This document shows, piece after piece, positions 12,672 to 21,870 of a stretch of 64,000 nucleotides of DNA. The translations under genes and the position numbers were made by a program. The DNA lies in assembly GCA_965217185.1 (NCBI GenBank), contig OZ244252.1, forward strand, positions 2,944,001-3,008,000, written 5' to 3'. Each line of letters starts with the position of its first letter. Positions within the stretch are counted from its first letter, which is position 1. Source of the stretch: an uncultured Candidatus Entotheonella sp. Lineage in GTDB: Bacteria > Tectomicrobia > Entotheonellia > Entotheonellales > Entotheonellaceae. Below the pieces are notes generated by a model that was not told the DNA's origin, made no database searches, and worked only from the letters and a program-made list of their open reading frames with translations.

Positions 12672-13526
12672 TCAGGTCCTCTCTTCGCCGAAGAAGGTCA
12701 GCAACTGCTCAACGACCCATTCCGGACGCTCTTCCGGAATCCAGTGGCCGCAATCCTCGACAACGCCGCCGCTGACATTTTCGGCGATGCGGCGCCATGA
12801 CTCGATCGCCAACGCGCCGCGCCCACGCCCGAGCGCGCCCCCATAGCAGAGAACCGGCATTTCCAGCTTGCCTTCCGACAGGAACGCCTGGTTGTCGGCA
12901 ACGTCCTGCGGCGTCGCACGATACAGGCTGAAGCCAGCCCGCATGGCGCCCGGTTGCCGGTAGGCGCGCAGGTATTCGCGTTCCGCCTCGGCTGAAATGG
13001 CATCGGGGCGTCCACCCCAATTCCGGTAGAAAAAACCGAGATAAACGTCCTCGCGCCCTGCCGTCAAAGCCTCCGGAAAATCCAGTTCCCAGTGCAGGCC
13101 ATGATGCCACCGATTGGCAAACATCACGGGGGTTCCGTCGCCCGGCACGGGAACATCGAAAATTGCCAGGCGCTTGACTGCGTCGCGGTGCTGCGCGGCG
13201 ATTGCGAACGCTGTCGGCCCGCCCCAATCGTGGCCCACGACGAACAGTTCATCCTCGCCAAGAACGTCATGAACCAGGCGCCAGACATCCTGCGCGAGCG
13301 TCTTCTTGTCGTAGCCCCCCACGGGACGCGAAGAGTCGCCCAGGCCGCGCAAGTCCGGAGCGATGACGCGATAGCGCCCGGCAAGTCCGGGGATCACGTC
13401 GCGCCACATGTACCAGGTCTGCGGCCAGCCATGCAGCAGGACCACCGCGGGCCCGCGGCCTGCCGTCACGTAGTGGAGTCGCACGTCACCCAGGTCGGCG
13501 TAAGCATGTTGAAACATTTCGGTCAT
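12672..13526 (-). CDS. Alpha/beta hydrolase (epoxide hydrolase/haloacetate dehalogenase-like)
   Basis: LLHGWPQTW, VGHDWGG (Asp nucleophile), CGHWIPEERP. Confidence 0.92.
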   Translation of the reverse strand: MTEMFQHAYADLGDVRLHYVTAGRGPAVVLLHGWPQTWYMWRDVIPGLAGRYRVIAPDLRGLGDSSRPVGGYDKKTLAQDVWRLVHDVLGEDELFVVGHDWGGPTAFAIAAQHRDAVKRLAIFDVPVPGDGTPVMFANRWHHGLHWELDFPEALTAGREDVYLGFFYRNWGGRPDAISAEAEREYLRAYRQPGAMRAGFSLYRATPQDVADNQAFLSEGKLEMPVLCYGGALGRGRGALAIESWRRIAENVSGGVVEDCGHWIPEERPEWVVEQLLTFFGEERT

Positions 13527-13595
13527 TGAGCACCCTCACGGATTTCGGGGCAGCCGGATCAACAGAATCGTGCGGCATACCTCGCGTGGCGTGGC

Positions 13596-14612
13596 TCAGC
13601 TATTGAGCGCGGCAGGGCGCACGGGGAGCCCGGCGCGCACGTCGCCGTTCACCACTGACATGGGCCACTGGCCGCTCAACAGGCGCGCCGTCTCCTGACC
13701 CACCTGCATCTGCACCGCCACCCGCGAGTTGTCCGACGTGCCCGCCGAATGCGGCGTCACCGTCACGTTGTCGAAGCGCAGCAGCGGATTGTCGCCAGGC
13801 GTCGGCTCCACCTCGAACACGTCGATGCCGGCGCCGGCAATCTCGCCGTCCTCCAGCGCCTTGATCAGCGCCGCCTCATCCACGGTCGGCCCGCGGCAGG
13901 TGTTGATGAAATAGGCCGTCGGCTTCATGGCCTTGAAAAACGCCGTGCTCACCAGCTTGCGGGTCTCGTCGTTCAGCGGCGTGTGCATGGAAACGAAGTC
14001 CGAACGCCGCGCCAACGCCTCCAGCGACGGCACCATCTCGACGCGGTATTCCTTGGCTACCCACGGCTGCACGTACGGGTCGTAGGCGATCACCTCCAGG
14101 CCGAACACCTTGGCCTTGCGCGCCGTTGCCCGCGCGATGTTGCCAAAGGCCACCAGGCCGAGGGTCTGGCCGTCAACCGGCGCCATCGGCGTGATCTCCA
14201 GGCGGGTGCGGGCGTCCCACTGACCCGTCTTCACCAGTTGGTCGAGATGGGTCAGCTTCTTGGCGCAGGCCAGTAACAGCATGAGGGTGTGATTGGACAC
14301 CTCCTCGGTGCAAAATCCGGCGGAGTTGACCACCATGACGCCCTGCTCGGTGGCGGCGTTGTGGTCGATGTGGTTGAAGCCGTGGCCGAAGCTGACGATG
14401 GCCTGGGCGGCGTCGATTTCCTGGATGACCTCACGCGGCATCGGCACGCCCTGGTCGATGATCACGTCGGCGCCCTTGATGGCTTCGATAGCCTCGCCGG
14501 GGCTGCTGCACACGTACGTCTCCAAGTCGTAATCCTGTCCTTGCAACTGCTGTTCGATGATCTCGGTGTTCGGCTCCGTCCGCGAAATCATGGCAATTCT
14601 CGGCCTTGGCAT
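13596..14612 (-). CDS. D-isomer-specific 2-hydroxyacid dehydrogenase (SerA/CtBP-like)
   Basis: GLVAFGNIA, FINTCRGPTVDEAAL, AGIDVFEVEP, TPHSAG; start at MPRPRIAM after GAGGAGG. Confidence 0.9.
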   Translation of the reverse strand: MPRPRIAMISRTEPNTEIIEQQLQGQDYDLETYVCSSPGEAIEAIKGADVIIDQGVPMPREVIQEIDAAQAIVSFGHGFNHIDHNAATEQGVMVVNSAGFCTEEVSNHTLMLLLACAKKLTHLDQLVKTGQWDARTRLEITPMAPVDGQTLGLVAFGNIARATARKAKVFGLEVIAYDPYVQPWVAKEYRVEMVPSLEALARRSDFVSMHTPLNDETRKLVSTAFFKAMKPTAYFINTCRGPTVDEAALIKALEDGEIAGAGIDVFEVEPTPGDNPLLRFDNVTVTPHSAGTSDNSRVAVQMQVGQETARLLSGQWPMSVVNGDVRAGLPVRPAALNS

Positions 14613-14799
14613 GAAAGCGTCCTCCTCTGTGTTGGGATTCGGTTGGCAAAAGTCGGAAAGGGCCACATTATACGGCAATTGCGCATGCCGTCACGGGGCC
14701 GTTGTTGATCGTCCGGGGAGGCATCGGTAGAATGGCCGCGTCCACCGAGAGGGTCGGTATGGGCTGGGGATCGTAACGCCAGGGAGCAACGACGCCGAT

Positions 14800-15690
14800 A
14801 TGACCGAAGCCACACCCAAAGCGCAGTACCGCGAATACGCCATGGAAGCGTTCGTGGTCCGCAGCGAACCGTATTACCGGCCGGTTGCCGACGAGGTCGA
14901 GTTGTTCACCGGGGCATACAACCAGCGCATCCCGGTGCTGCTGAAGGGGCCTACCGGCTGCGGCAAGACGCGGTTCGTGGAGTACATGGCGTGGAAGCTG
15001 GCCCGGCAACTGCACGTCGTGAGCGGCCAGGACACGTCACCATCCGGCGACGTACAACTGCCCCTCGTCACCATCGCCTGTCACGAAGACCTGACCGCCA
15101 GCGACCTTGTCGGGCGCTACCTGCTGGATGCCACCGGCACCCGCTGGATTGACGGCCCCATGACGCGCGCCGTCAAAACCGGTGCCATCCTCTATCTCGA
15201 CGAGGTGGTCGAGGCCCGCAAGGACACCACGGTTCTGATTCACCCCCTCACCGATCACCGACGCCTGCTGCCCGTCGAAAAACGCGGCTCCGTCATCGAA
15301 GCGGACGACCGCTTTCTGCTGTGCGTCTCCTACAACCCTCGCTATCAGAGCGCCCTCAAGGACCTCAAGCCCAGCACCCGCCAGCGCTTTATCGCCATCG
15401 AGTTCGACTACCCGCCGCCGCACATCGAGGCCGACATCATCCAGCGCGAAAGCGGTTGCAGCGCCGCCAGGGCCGAAACCCTGGCGCGGCTTGGCGTCAA
15501 GGTGCGCAACCTGCGTGAGCACGGCCTGCAGGAAGGCGCCAGCACCCGCCTGCTGATCTACGCCGCCCGCCTCATGAACGAGGGGCTACCCGCCCGCCGC
15601 GCCTGCCAGGTGGCGCTGGTGTGGAGCCTGACCGACGACGCCGAGTTGCAACAAAGCATCGCCGAAGTCGTCGGCGCCGTCGTCGAGTAG
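14800..15690 (+). CDS. CbbQ/NirQ/NorQ-family MoxR AAA+ ATPase
   Basis: EPYY..., LLKGPTGCGKTRFVEYMA, ACHEDLTASDLVGR, YLDEVVEARKD, DLKPSTRQRF, GASTRLLIYAA. Confidence 0.93.
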   Translation: MTEATPKAQYREYAMEAFVVRSEPYYRPVADEVELFTGAYNQRIPVLLKGPTGCGKTRFVEYMAWKLARQLHVVSGQDTSPSGDVQLPLVTIACHEDLTASDLVGRYLLDATGTRWIDGPMTRAVKTGAILYLDEVVEARKDTTVLIHPLTDHRRLLPVEKRGSVIEADDRFLLCVSYNPRYQSALKDLKPSTRQRFIAIEFDYPPPHIEADIIQRESGCSAARAETLARLGVKVRNLREHGLQEGASTRLLIYAARLMNEGLPARRACQVALVWSLTDDAELQQSIAEVVGAVVE

Positions 15691-15698
15691 GGGCCGCC

Positions 15699-17591
15699 GT
15701 GCAAGTTGACCTACAGGATGTGCAAGGCGTCCTTCACCTCTACTGCCTGTCCCTCGCCGGCACCGACATTCAAATTGTCGACGCCACCGACGCGCCCCGG
15801 ACGCCCGGCGGCCCGACCGTTTGCCTGCCGCCCGTAACGGTGCGATACGCCGACCGGCAGGACAACTTCCACTGGCTCAAGGTCATGGCGACGCATCAGG
15901 TCGCGCACCTGGAGTTCGGCGGCACGGGCGTCGTGAAGCTTCTCGGCCGAATTCCACGTCCGCGCTTCGCTTACGACCTCTTCAGCATTCTCGAAGAAGG
16001 CCGTCTGGATGCTCGCATCGCGTTCGCATACCCTGGCCTGCGGCGGGCGCTGCAGCGCGCTCAGGCGGAAGCGCTGGACAGCCGCAGAAGTCTTGATACC
16101 GCGTCGCCGGTCACCGCCATGCTGGAATTGCTGGTCCGCATGGGGCTTGGCGCTTTCACCGGCTTGCCCGTGCCGCTGGGGTGCGAATCGGTCGTCCAAG
16201 AACTCGCCTCGATTATCCGCGCCCTGCACGGTCCGCAGAGCACGGTGCAGGATACGGCTGAGGCCGCCGTACGGGCCTGCGACGTTCTGTTCGGCCTGCT
16301 GGAAGACTGCGACGGCAGCTACGAGACACCCGACCCCGTGGATTACCGCGGCGCCTGCCAAGCGCCCTTTTTTCGCTTTGACGCCCAGGGTGAGCAGCTA
16401 TCGGAGACCCCGGCAGAGCCATCCGAACAGCCGGAAACACCGGCGATGACGATGACCGTCAACGTCGAATTGGCACCGGACGCCGGGCAGCGAGGCCAGC
16501 CCTTCGGCGCCTCCACGCTGCTGCCGCAGTTCCTGCAACAGCTTGACGGCCCACCCGCGGCCCCGTCGCCCGGTCCCGGGGCGCCGCTGCACGAAGAAGA
16601 CGACGAAGCCCTGAAGCCGCGAGAACCCGGCACGTTTGTTTATGACGAGTGGGACTTCCAGGCACGGTCCTACAAACCCCGCTGGTGTCTCGTGAAGGAA
16701 CACACGCTCGACGAAGGCGATCCCGACTGCTTCAACGAGGCGCTGCGGCGCCACAGCGCCCTGCTGGACGACGTGAAACGCCAGTTCGAGGCTATTCTGC
16801 CGGAGGGTTTCGGCAAGACCACCCGCCTCACCGACGGTGAGGACCTCGATCTTAACGCCGCCCTGGAAGCCTTCGCCGATCTGCGCATGCGGGTGCCGCC
16901 GGACGACAAAATCTACTGGCGCCGCCACAAGGTGCGCCGCGACGTGGCTGTTCTGTTCCTCCTCGACATGAGCGCCTCGACCGCCGAACCGCTCCACATC
17001 GACGACCCCGGCCGGCCCGAACCCACGGTACCCGGCCCGCGAGGCGCCGCAGGCCGCTCCAAGCGCCGCATCATCGACCTGGAAAAGGACAGCATCGCCC
17101 TTCTCATGCAGGCGCTCGACGCCATCGGCGACACCTACGGCATTTACGGCTTTTCGGGCTATGGGCGCGACGGGGTGGATTTCTACGTCATCAAGGACCT
17201 GGCCGAGCGCTTCGACAACCGCATCAAACGCCGCCTCGACCGCGTGACACCGCGCCACGCCACCCGCATGGGGGCGGCTATCCGCCACGCCGTCAGCAAG
17301 CTGGCGCCGCAAGCCGCGGCCACCAAAATCCTTCTGCTGCTGAGCGACGGCCGCCCCCAGGACCGCGGCTACAGCCGCCAGGGCACCGAGAAAGCCTACG
17401 CCGTTCACGATACCCACATGGCCCTCATCGAGTCCCGCGCGCAGGGCATCACTCCGTTCTGCCTCACCGTCGACAAAGCCGGCCACGATTACCTGCAAGC
17501 CATGTGCGGCGATATCGGCTACGAGGTGCTGGACGACATCGCCACGCTACCCGCCCGCCTGCCTATGCTGTACCACGCGCTTACCAGCTGA
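15699..17591 (+). CDS. CbbO/NorD-family vWA-domain adaptor protein
   Basis: YDEWDF, DGEDLDLNA, MIDAS LLDMSAST, TRMGAAIRHA, LLLSDGRPQD; GTG 8 bp after the ATPase stop. Confidence 0.9.
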   Translation: MQVDLQDVQGVLHLYCLSLAGTDIQIVDATDAPRTPGGPTVCLPPVTVRYADRQDNFHWLKVMATHQVAHLEFGGTGVVKLLGRIPRPRFAYDLFSILEEGRLDARIAFAYPGLRRALQRAQAEALDSRRSLDTASPVTAMLELLVRMGLGAFTGLPVPLGCESVVQELASIIRALHGPQSTVQDTAEAAVRACDVLFGLLEDCDGSYETPDPVDYRGACQAPFFRFDAQGEQLSETPAEPSEQPETPAMTMTVNVELAPDAGQRGQPFGASTLLPQFLQQLDGPPAAPSPGPGAPLHEEDDEALKPREPGTFVYDEWDFQARSYKPRWCLVKEHTLDEGDPDCFNEALRRHSALLDDVKRQFEAILPEGFGKTTRLTDGEDLDLNAALEAFADLRMRVPPDDKIYWRRHKVRRDVAVLFLLDMSASTAEPLHIDDPGRPEPTVPGPRGAAGRSKRRIIDLEKDSIALLMQALDAIGDTYGIYGFSGYGRDGVDFYVIKDLAERFDNRIKRRLDRVTPRHATRMGAAIRHAVSKLAPQAAATKILLLLSDGRPQDRGYSRQGTEKAYAVHDTHMALIESRAQGITPFCLTVDKAGHDYLQAMCGDIGYEVLDDIATLPARLPMLYHALTS

Positions 17592-17744
17592 GGAGGATGT
17601 TATGAGTCCATGCCTCCCCTGTTTACTTCCCTGTCCGTGAATAGCAGATTGCCTCGGCAGCCATTCGGGCTTTCACCAAGCACTTCTACAACTACGACTG
17701 GTACGCGCCGGGCGGCGTGGCCGTGCAATTCTTTACAACACCTC

Positions 17745-18752
17745 TTACCGCTGTGCTGGAATCGCCACCGGCCGGATCGGCGATCCGGTTGCGCCCCGCA
17801 GCTTGAGGGACGTGGCGATGAACAGGAATTCATACACCTGATCCCGTGCCAGGTCTTCCAGCCACATGACCTCGATGACCGACACCCCGCGCTCGGCAAA
17901 CAAGTAGGTGTGCACCGGCACATAGTTGTTCGGATCCGTCGAGGGGAAGGCCTCGATGCCGAAATTGTCCGCCCCGAGGAGCATGGCCTGGTTGTCTTCC
18001 ACCAGCCACTTCGCCGCTTCCAGGGTCAGGCCGGCCTGATTTCCGAGCTGGTACTTGGAGGAATCGGGCCACAGGGTCATGAGCCCGGTGCGGAACAGGA
18101 CAACGTCGCCCGGCTGCAGCTGCGTCCCCTGTTCCCGCAGCGCCGTCTGCAAATCCGCCGCCGTGATGCCGTAGGACGCCGGCAAGTGCTGCACGCCCAT
18201 GGACTTTGCCAGATCGATGAGCACGCCCCTGGCGACGATCGGCGGGTATTTGTCGGCGCCGCCTTTGGACCATCCCTGATCGCCCAGGTGCTCGTCGGCG
18301 CTGAACCGGTTCCAGATCTTGCCGTGCAGGCCGAAGTGGTTGAGGGTGTCAAGGTGGGTGCCGCTGTGCGTGTACATGGTGACGGCGTCCCCCGAGTAGC
18401 TCACCCGTTCATTGACCTCGCGCGACACGCCGAATGGATTGGCGGCGATGGTGCCGCGCGGCGTATGCGTCATCCAGAGATGGTACTGGGGGTCGCCAAA
18501 GGCGCTGCAACAGCTCGGCATGCCCGAATACAGTTCGACGCCGAGGTCGTAGACCTTGCCGCTCATGACCTGCTTGATGATGTCCAGCCTGGACGTGTCG
18601 GTCATCATGTTCAGGGTGCCGATCTCGTCTTCGGGACCCCACGGACTTTCCGCCGCCATCCTCTCGTCGTACTGCGCCCAAGCTCCTCCAGGCGCCAGAG
18701 CCAGCACGAACCCCACTCCGATGATCCCGAGCATCGTAACCATCCGTCTCAT
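17745..18752 (-). CDS. Cyclase (kynurenine formamidase-like) family metal hydrolase with signal peptide
   Basis: WGPEDEIGTLN, HSGTHLD (HxGTHxD), GDVVLFRTG, GATGSPIRPVAI; N-terminal signal ending AWA. Confidence 0.9.
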   Translation of the reverse strand: MRRMVTMLGIIGVGFVLALAPGGAWAQYDERMAAESPWGPEDEIGTLNMMTDTSRLDIIKQVMSGKVYDLGVELYSGMPSCCSAFGDPQYHLWMTHTPRGTIAANPFGVSREVNERVSYSGDAVTMYTHSGTHLDTLNHFGLHGKIWNRFSADEHLGDQGWSKGGADKYPPIVARGVLIDLAKSMGVQHLPASYGITAADLQTALREQGTQLQPGDVVLFRTGLMTLWPDSSKYQLGNQAGLTLEAAKWLVEDNQAMLLGADNFGIEAFPSTDPNNYVPVHTYLFAERGVSVIEVMWLEDLARDQVYEFLFIATSLKLRGATGSPIRPVAIPAQR

Positions 18753-18989
18753 GGCACATCTCCTTCTTTGCTGTTACAAAGACTGGTTTGGGACACGGCA
18801 CGGAAAGGGACATTAGCCCTTTCTGTGCAGAAGGGATACGCCCGCCGCAACGGTAATGTCAAGGGTGTTTTGATCCCTCCGCAAACAACTCATGAAGGCG
18901 TCGGGGCGGTGTTCACGGGCCGCCTGTTGTACCATTGCGCCTCGTCAACATTCAGCGCAAGCTGCCGAATGAGAGGAGCGCCAGGAGCT

Positions 18990-20642
18990 GTGACGATACA
19001 TAAAGGGGAGCGGGCGAAAGAATTAGGCTGGCTACTGGCAGTGCTGGCGATGCAGGGCTTCATCCTGCTGGGGCTCTTTGCCCCCGCCGACGCGGCGCGC
19101 AAGAAGATCGTGAGGATTGCCTATGAGGAACAGGAAACCCTCGATCCGCACGTGGCGATTCTCGGGCAGACGCAGGCCAGCCTGCGAATCCTGTATCGCG
19201 GCCTCACACGCTTTGCCATCAAGGAGGTCAGGGAAACGGCGCCGGACGGCACGGAGAGCGTGAAGCAGCAGGTGACAACCGCGGAAGTCGAACCGGACTT
19301 GGCGGAGAGTTGGACAGTATCGGACGACGGCACCGTGTGGACCTTCAGGTTACGGCGGGGCGTGCCGTTCCACAAGGGCTACGGTGAAATGACCGCTGAG
19401 GACGTCAAGTACAGCTTCGAGCGCCAGATGCGGCGCGACCGCGGCATGCGCTTCGCCAAGAACCTCGACGTGATCCGGGACATCGCCATCCTCGATCCCC
19501 ACACCCTACGCATTACCCTCAAGCAGTACGATCCCGTCTTCCCCCTGCGCATGGTCGGTTACCAACAGGGCTACGTCGTCAGCAAGAAGGCGGCGCTGGC
19601 GTTTGACGACGAGTTCGGCTGGAATCCGGTCGGCACCGGTCCGTTCTACTTCCACCGCCGCCTGCCGCGCGAGAAGATCGTCTTCAAGGCGTTCGAGGAT
19701 TACCACGGCGGCCGCCCATTCGTGGACGAGATCCACTGGTTCGACGTGCCCGAAGACGCCACCAAATTGCTTGGCCTGGAAAAAGGTACCTTCGACATCG
19801 CGTTCCCGAACGTCGTCACGGCAGACCTGAAGGAGCAGGTGGCCGCCATGGGCGCCGTGCTGGACGAGCGCGGCCCGGGGCAACAGTATCGGCTTTACTT
19901 CAACGCCACCAAGCCGCCGTTCGACGATATCCGGGTCCGCAGAGCGTTCATGCACGCCATCGACCGCCAAGCCATCGTCGATACGCTGTGGCCGGACGGC
20001 CTCGGCATGCTGGCCACGAGCCCGCTGCCGCCGGGGTACTTTGGGCACCTGCCTATGGACATGCCGGCTTACGACCCCGAATTGGCGCGCCAACTGCTGG
20101 CCGAGGCGGGATACCCGGACGGCCTCGCCATCGCTGATTACTTCATCACCAAGTCATACGGCTACCCGAAGATCATGGTCATGTTTCAGGAGCAACTGAA
20201 ACGGGCCGGGGTGGACGTGCAACTGCAGTTGGTCGAACACGCCACCTACCACCAGAACATCCGCAAGAACCTGAACCCCTTCGTGCTGTACGGCGGTACC
20301 CGCCTCACCGACGGCGACGTGATGCTTGGTCTGTTCTTTCACTCCGGCGAGGCCCCGAACCCCGCCACCGGCAACAAGGGCACCAATTTCGCCCACTACC
20401 GCGGCATCGATGATCTCCTGGCGGAAGGGCGGCGCACCCGGGATCCCGAACAACGCGCCGCCCTCTACCACGAGGCGCAACGCCGCATCATGCGCGACGC
20501 GGTGTGCCTGCCGATTGTTGATATCCCCAGCCGCAGCATCCGCCACCCGGCGCGTGTCAGCTCGCCCTTCGATCCGAAGTTCGGCGAGTACACCATCCAC
20601 AATTTCTACACGTACCCGGAACTGTTTGACGTTGTTGAATGA
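18990..20642 (+). CDS. Peptide/nickel ABC transporter substrate-binding protein (family 5)
   Basis: PDLAESWTVSDDGTVWTFRLRRGVPFH, PVGTGPF, PFDDIRVRRAFMHAIDR; GTG start after AGGAG; signal peptide. Confidence 0.9.
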   Translation: MTIHKGERAKELGWLLAVLAMQGFILLGLFAPADAARKKIVRIAYEEQETLDPHVAILGQTQASLRILYRGLTRFAIKEVRETAPDGTESVKQQVTTAEVEPDLAESWTVSDDGTVWTFRLRRGVPFHKGYGEMTAEDVKYSFERQMRRDRGMRFAKNLDVIRDIAILDPHTLRITLKQYDPVFPLRMVGYQQGYVVSKKAALAFDDEFGWNPVGTGPFYFHRRLPREKIVFKAFEDYHGGRPFVDEIHWFDVPEDATKLLGLEKGTFDIAFPNVVTADLKEQVAAMGAVLDERGPGQQYRLYFNATKPPFDDIRVRRAFMHAIDRQAIVDTLWPDGLGMLATSPLPPGYFGHLPMDMPAYDPELARQLLAEAGYPDGLAIADYFITKSYGYPKIMVMFQEQLKRAGVDVQLQLVEHATYHQNIRKNLNPFVLYGGTRLTDGDVMLGLFFHSGEAPNPATGNKGTNFAHYRGIDDLLAEGRRTRDPEQRAALYHEAQRRIMRDAVCLPIVDIPSRSIRHPARVSSPFDPKFGEYTIHNFYTYPELFDVVE

Positions 20643-20665
20643 ACGCAGCGGGATGGCGGCTTCAC

Positions 20666-20750
20666 GTAGGTTGGATTGGCCGCAGGCGTAAATCGGCAGG
20701 GGAAGTGGTGCTGTGGAGTGTCGGATTACGCTTCGCTAATCCGACCTACA
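20666..20750. repeat. GTAG-type REP doublet (degenerate copy plus inverted intact copy)
   Basis: GTAGGTTGGATTGGCCGCAGGCGTAAATCGGCA (20666) facing TGTCGGATTACGCTTCGCTAATCCGACCTACA (20719-20750). Confidence 0.75.
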
Positions 20751-20787
20751 GATTGAGCGGTGAACGTTGCAGGACATCATCAGAGTC

Positions 20788-21339
20788 TCAGCGAAGGCCG
20801 CAGTCCGTGACAAGCTCATAGGATTCGACAACTCGATTACCGTTCACCATCAAGGCAATGACCGGCTCACAGGGGGGATCGAGCCGGGCTGGGCTGTTGT
20901 GAACCAAGCCCAGCATCCCTTCCAGCTCTTTGGGAAATGCTTCCAGGCGTTCGTACAGTTGGGGGCAGACCCCTTCGGGCTTTGCTGTGGGGGACCAATT
21001 TGCATAAGCGTTGCCCTGCAGAAAATAGAGTTGCGAATCGATCAGACGCCTTCTTTCCTCAAGGGGCATCCCCAAGCCCTCCTGCGTCCAGAGTTCCATG
21101 CGCACGAAGGCTTCAGCGACCATGAAAAGCTTGCCGTCTTGGAGACCGGTGTACGGGACGCTTTTACAATCCGCACCTGAACTGAAACTGTGGAGGTTTT
21201 CTCGGGTCACAACGATCTTCGACGCCTGGCCCTTCTCCATGCCTTGGGCAAAACTCACCAGAACAGAACCAAGCAGCAATGCGAAGCCCAAGTAGACCTT
21301 CCAGTTTTTCTGACCACCAGCGGTCAATTTGTTGTCCAT
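20788..21339 (-). CDS. Hypothetical exported protein
   Basis: ATG after GAGGAA; hydrophobic signal VYLGFALLLGSVLVSFAQG; lower GC than neighbours; no recognised domain. Confidence 0.55.
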   Translation of the reverse strand: MDNKLTAGGQKNWKVYLGFALLLGSVLVSFAQGMEKGQASKIVVTRENLHSFSSGADCKSVPYTGLQDGKLFMVAEAFVRMELWTQEGLGMPLEERRRLIDSQLYFLQGNAYANWSPTAKPEGVCPQLYERLEAFPKELEGMLGLVHNSPARLDPPCEPVIALMVNGNRVVESYELVTDCGLR

Positions 21340-21451
21340 GTACGTTTCCTCGCTGATTCCCTCGCCACAAATGCAATACCAACAAGGCCGTACAGTAGCA
21401 GAGCGGTTTCGAAACATAAAGACGATGGCGCTGGGGGGCAGGGGTGTGAAC

Positions 21452-21663
21452 TGACAACGATGTCGTTTCGCACTCCGTTGACCGACGGAATTGTCGGTTT
21501 TGCGCTCTCAAGGAGCCAGTTCACGCCTCGAAACCCGTGTCGATACTGGGTCCGAACTCGATACGCCATGAGCACACGTCAGGTTTCAATCCGTCGCAAA
21601 CTGTGTAGCTGAAAAAAACCGACGAAATCGTCGTTTTATGCCGGATTGACGCCAATATCGTCG
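21452..21663. promoter_or_regulatory. Four CGAC-N6-GTCG-like palindromes, putative enhancer (bEBP) sites
   Basis: TGACaacgatGTCG (21452), CGACggaattGTCG (21483), CGACgaaatcGTCG (21620), CGCCaatatcGTCG (21650). Confidence 0.55.
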
Positions 21664-21765
21664 GAAATTCGACTCCTCATCACGACCTGACCCAAAGCAT
21701 ATAAAATCCCATACCATATTGTATAAAAAGGGTTTTCGTCGTAATCCAGAACCGTATCCCCTTCT

Positions 21766-21782
21766 TTGGCACGTCTCTTGCT
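21766..21782 (+). promoter_or_regulatory. Sigma-54 (-24/-12) promoter of the nitrate operon
   Basis: TTGGCACGtctcTTGCT matches TGGCAC-N5-TTGC exactly, ~90 bp upstream of narK. Confidence 0.85.
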
Positions 21783-21870
21783 TCTATCCCAGCCCGTCTT
21801 GCTATAGCGCCGCTTCCTGCGGCTCAACCAACGCGTTACCCAGATCGACGCGACCAGGGAGGGGACACCT

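Noticed and set aside
17610..20642. 1010-aa ORF that looks like a giant SBP fusion
   Set aside because: The first ~460 codons are largely the stop-free antisense of the cyclase gene; the real SBP starts near GTG 18990 with its own RBS and signal peptide
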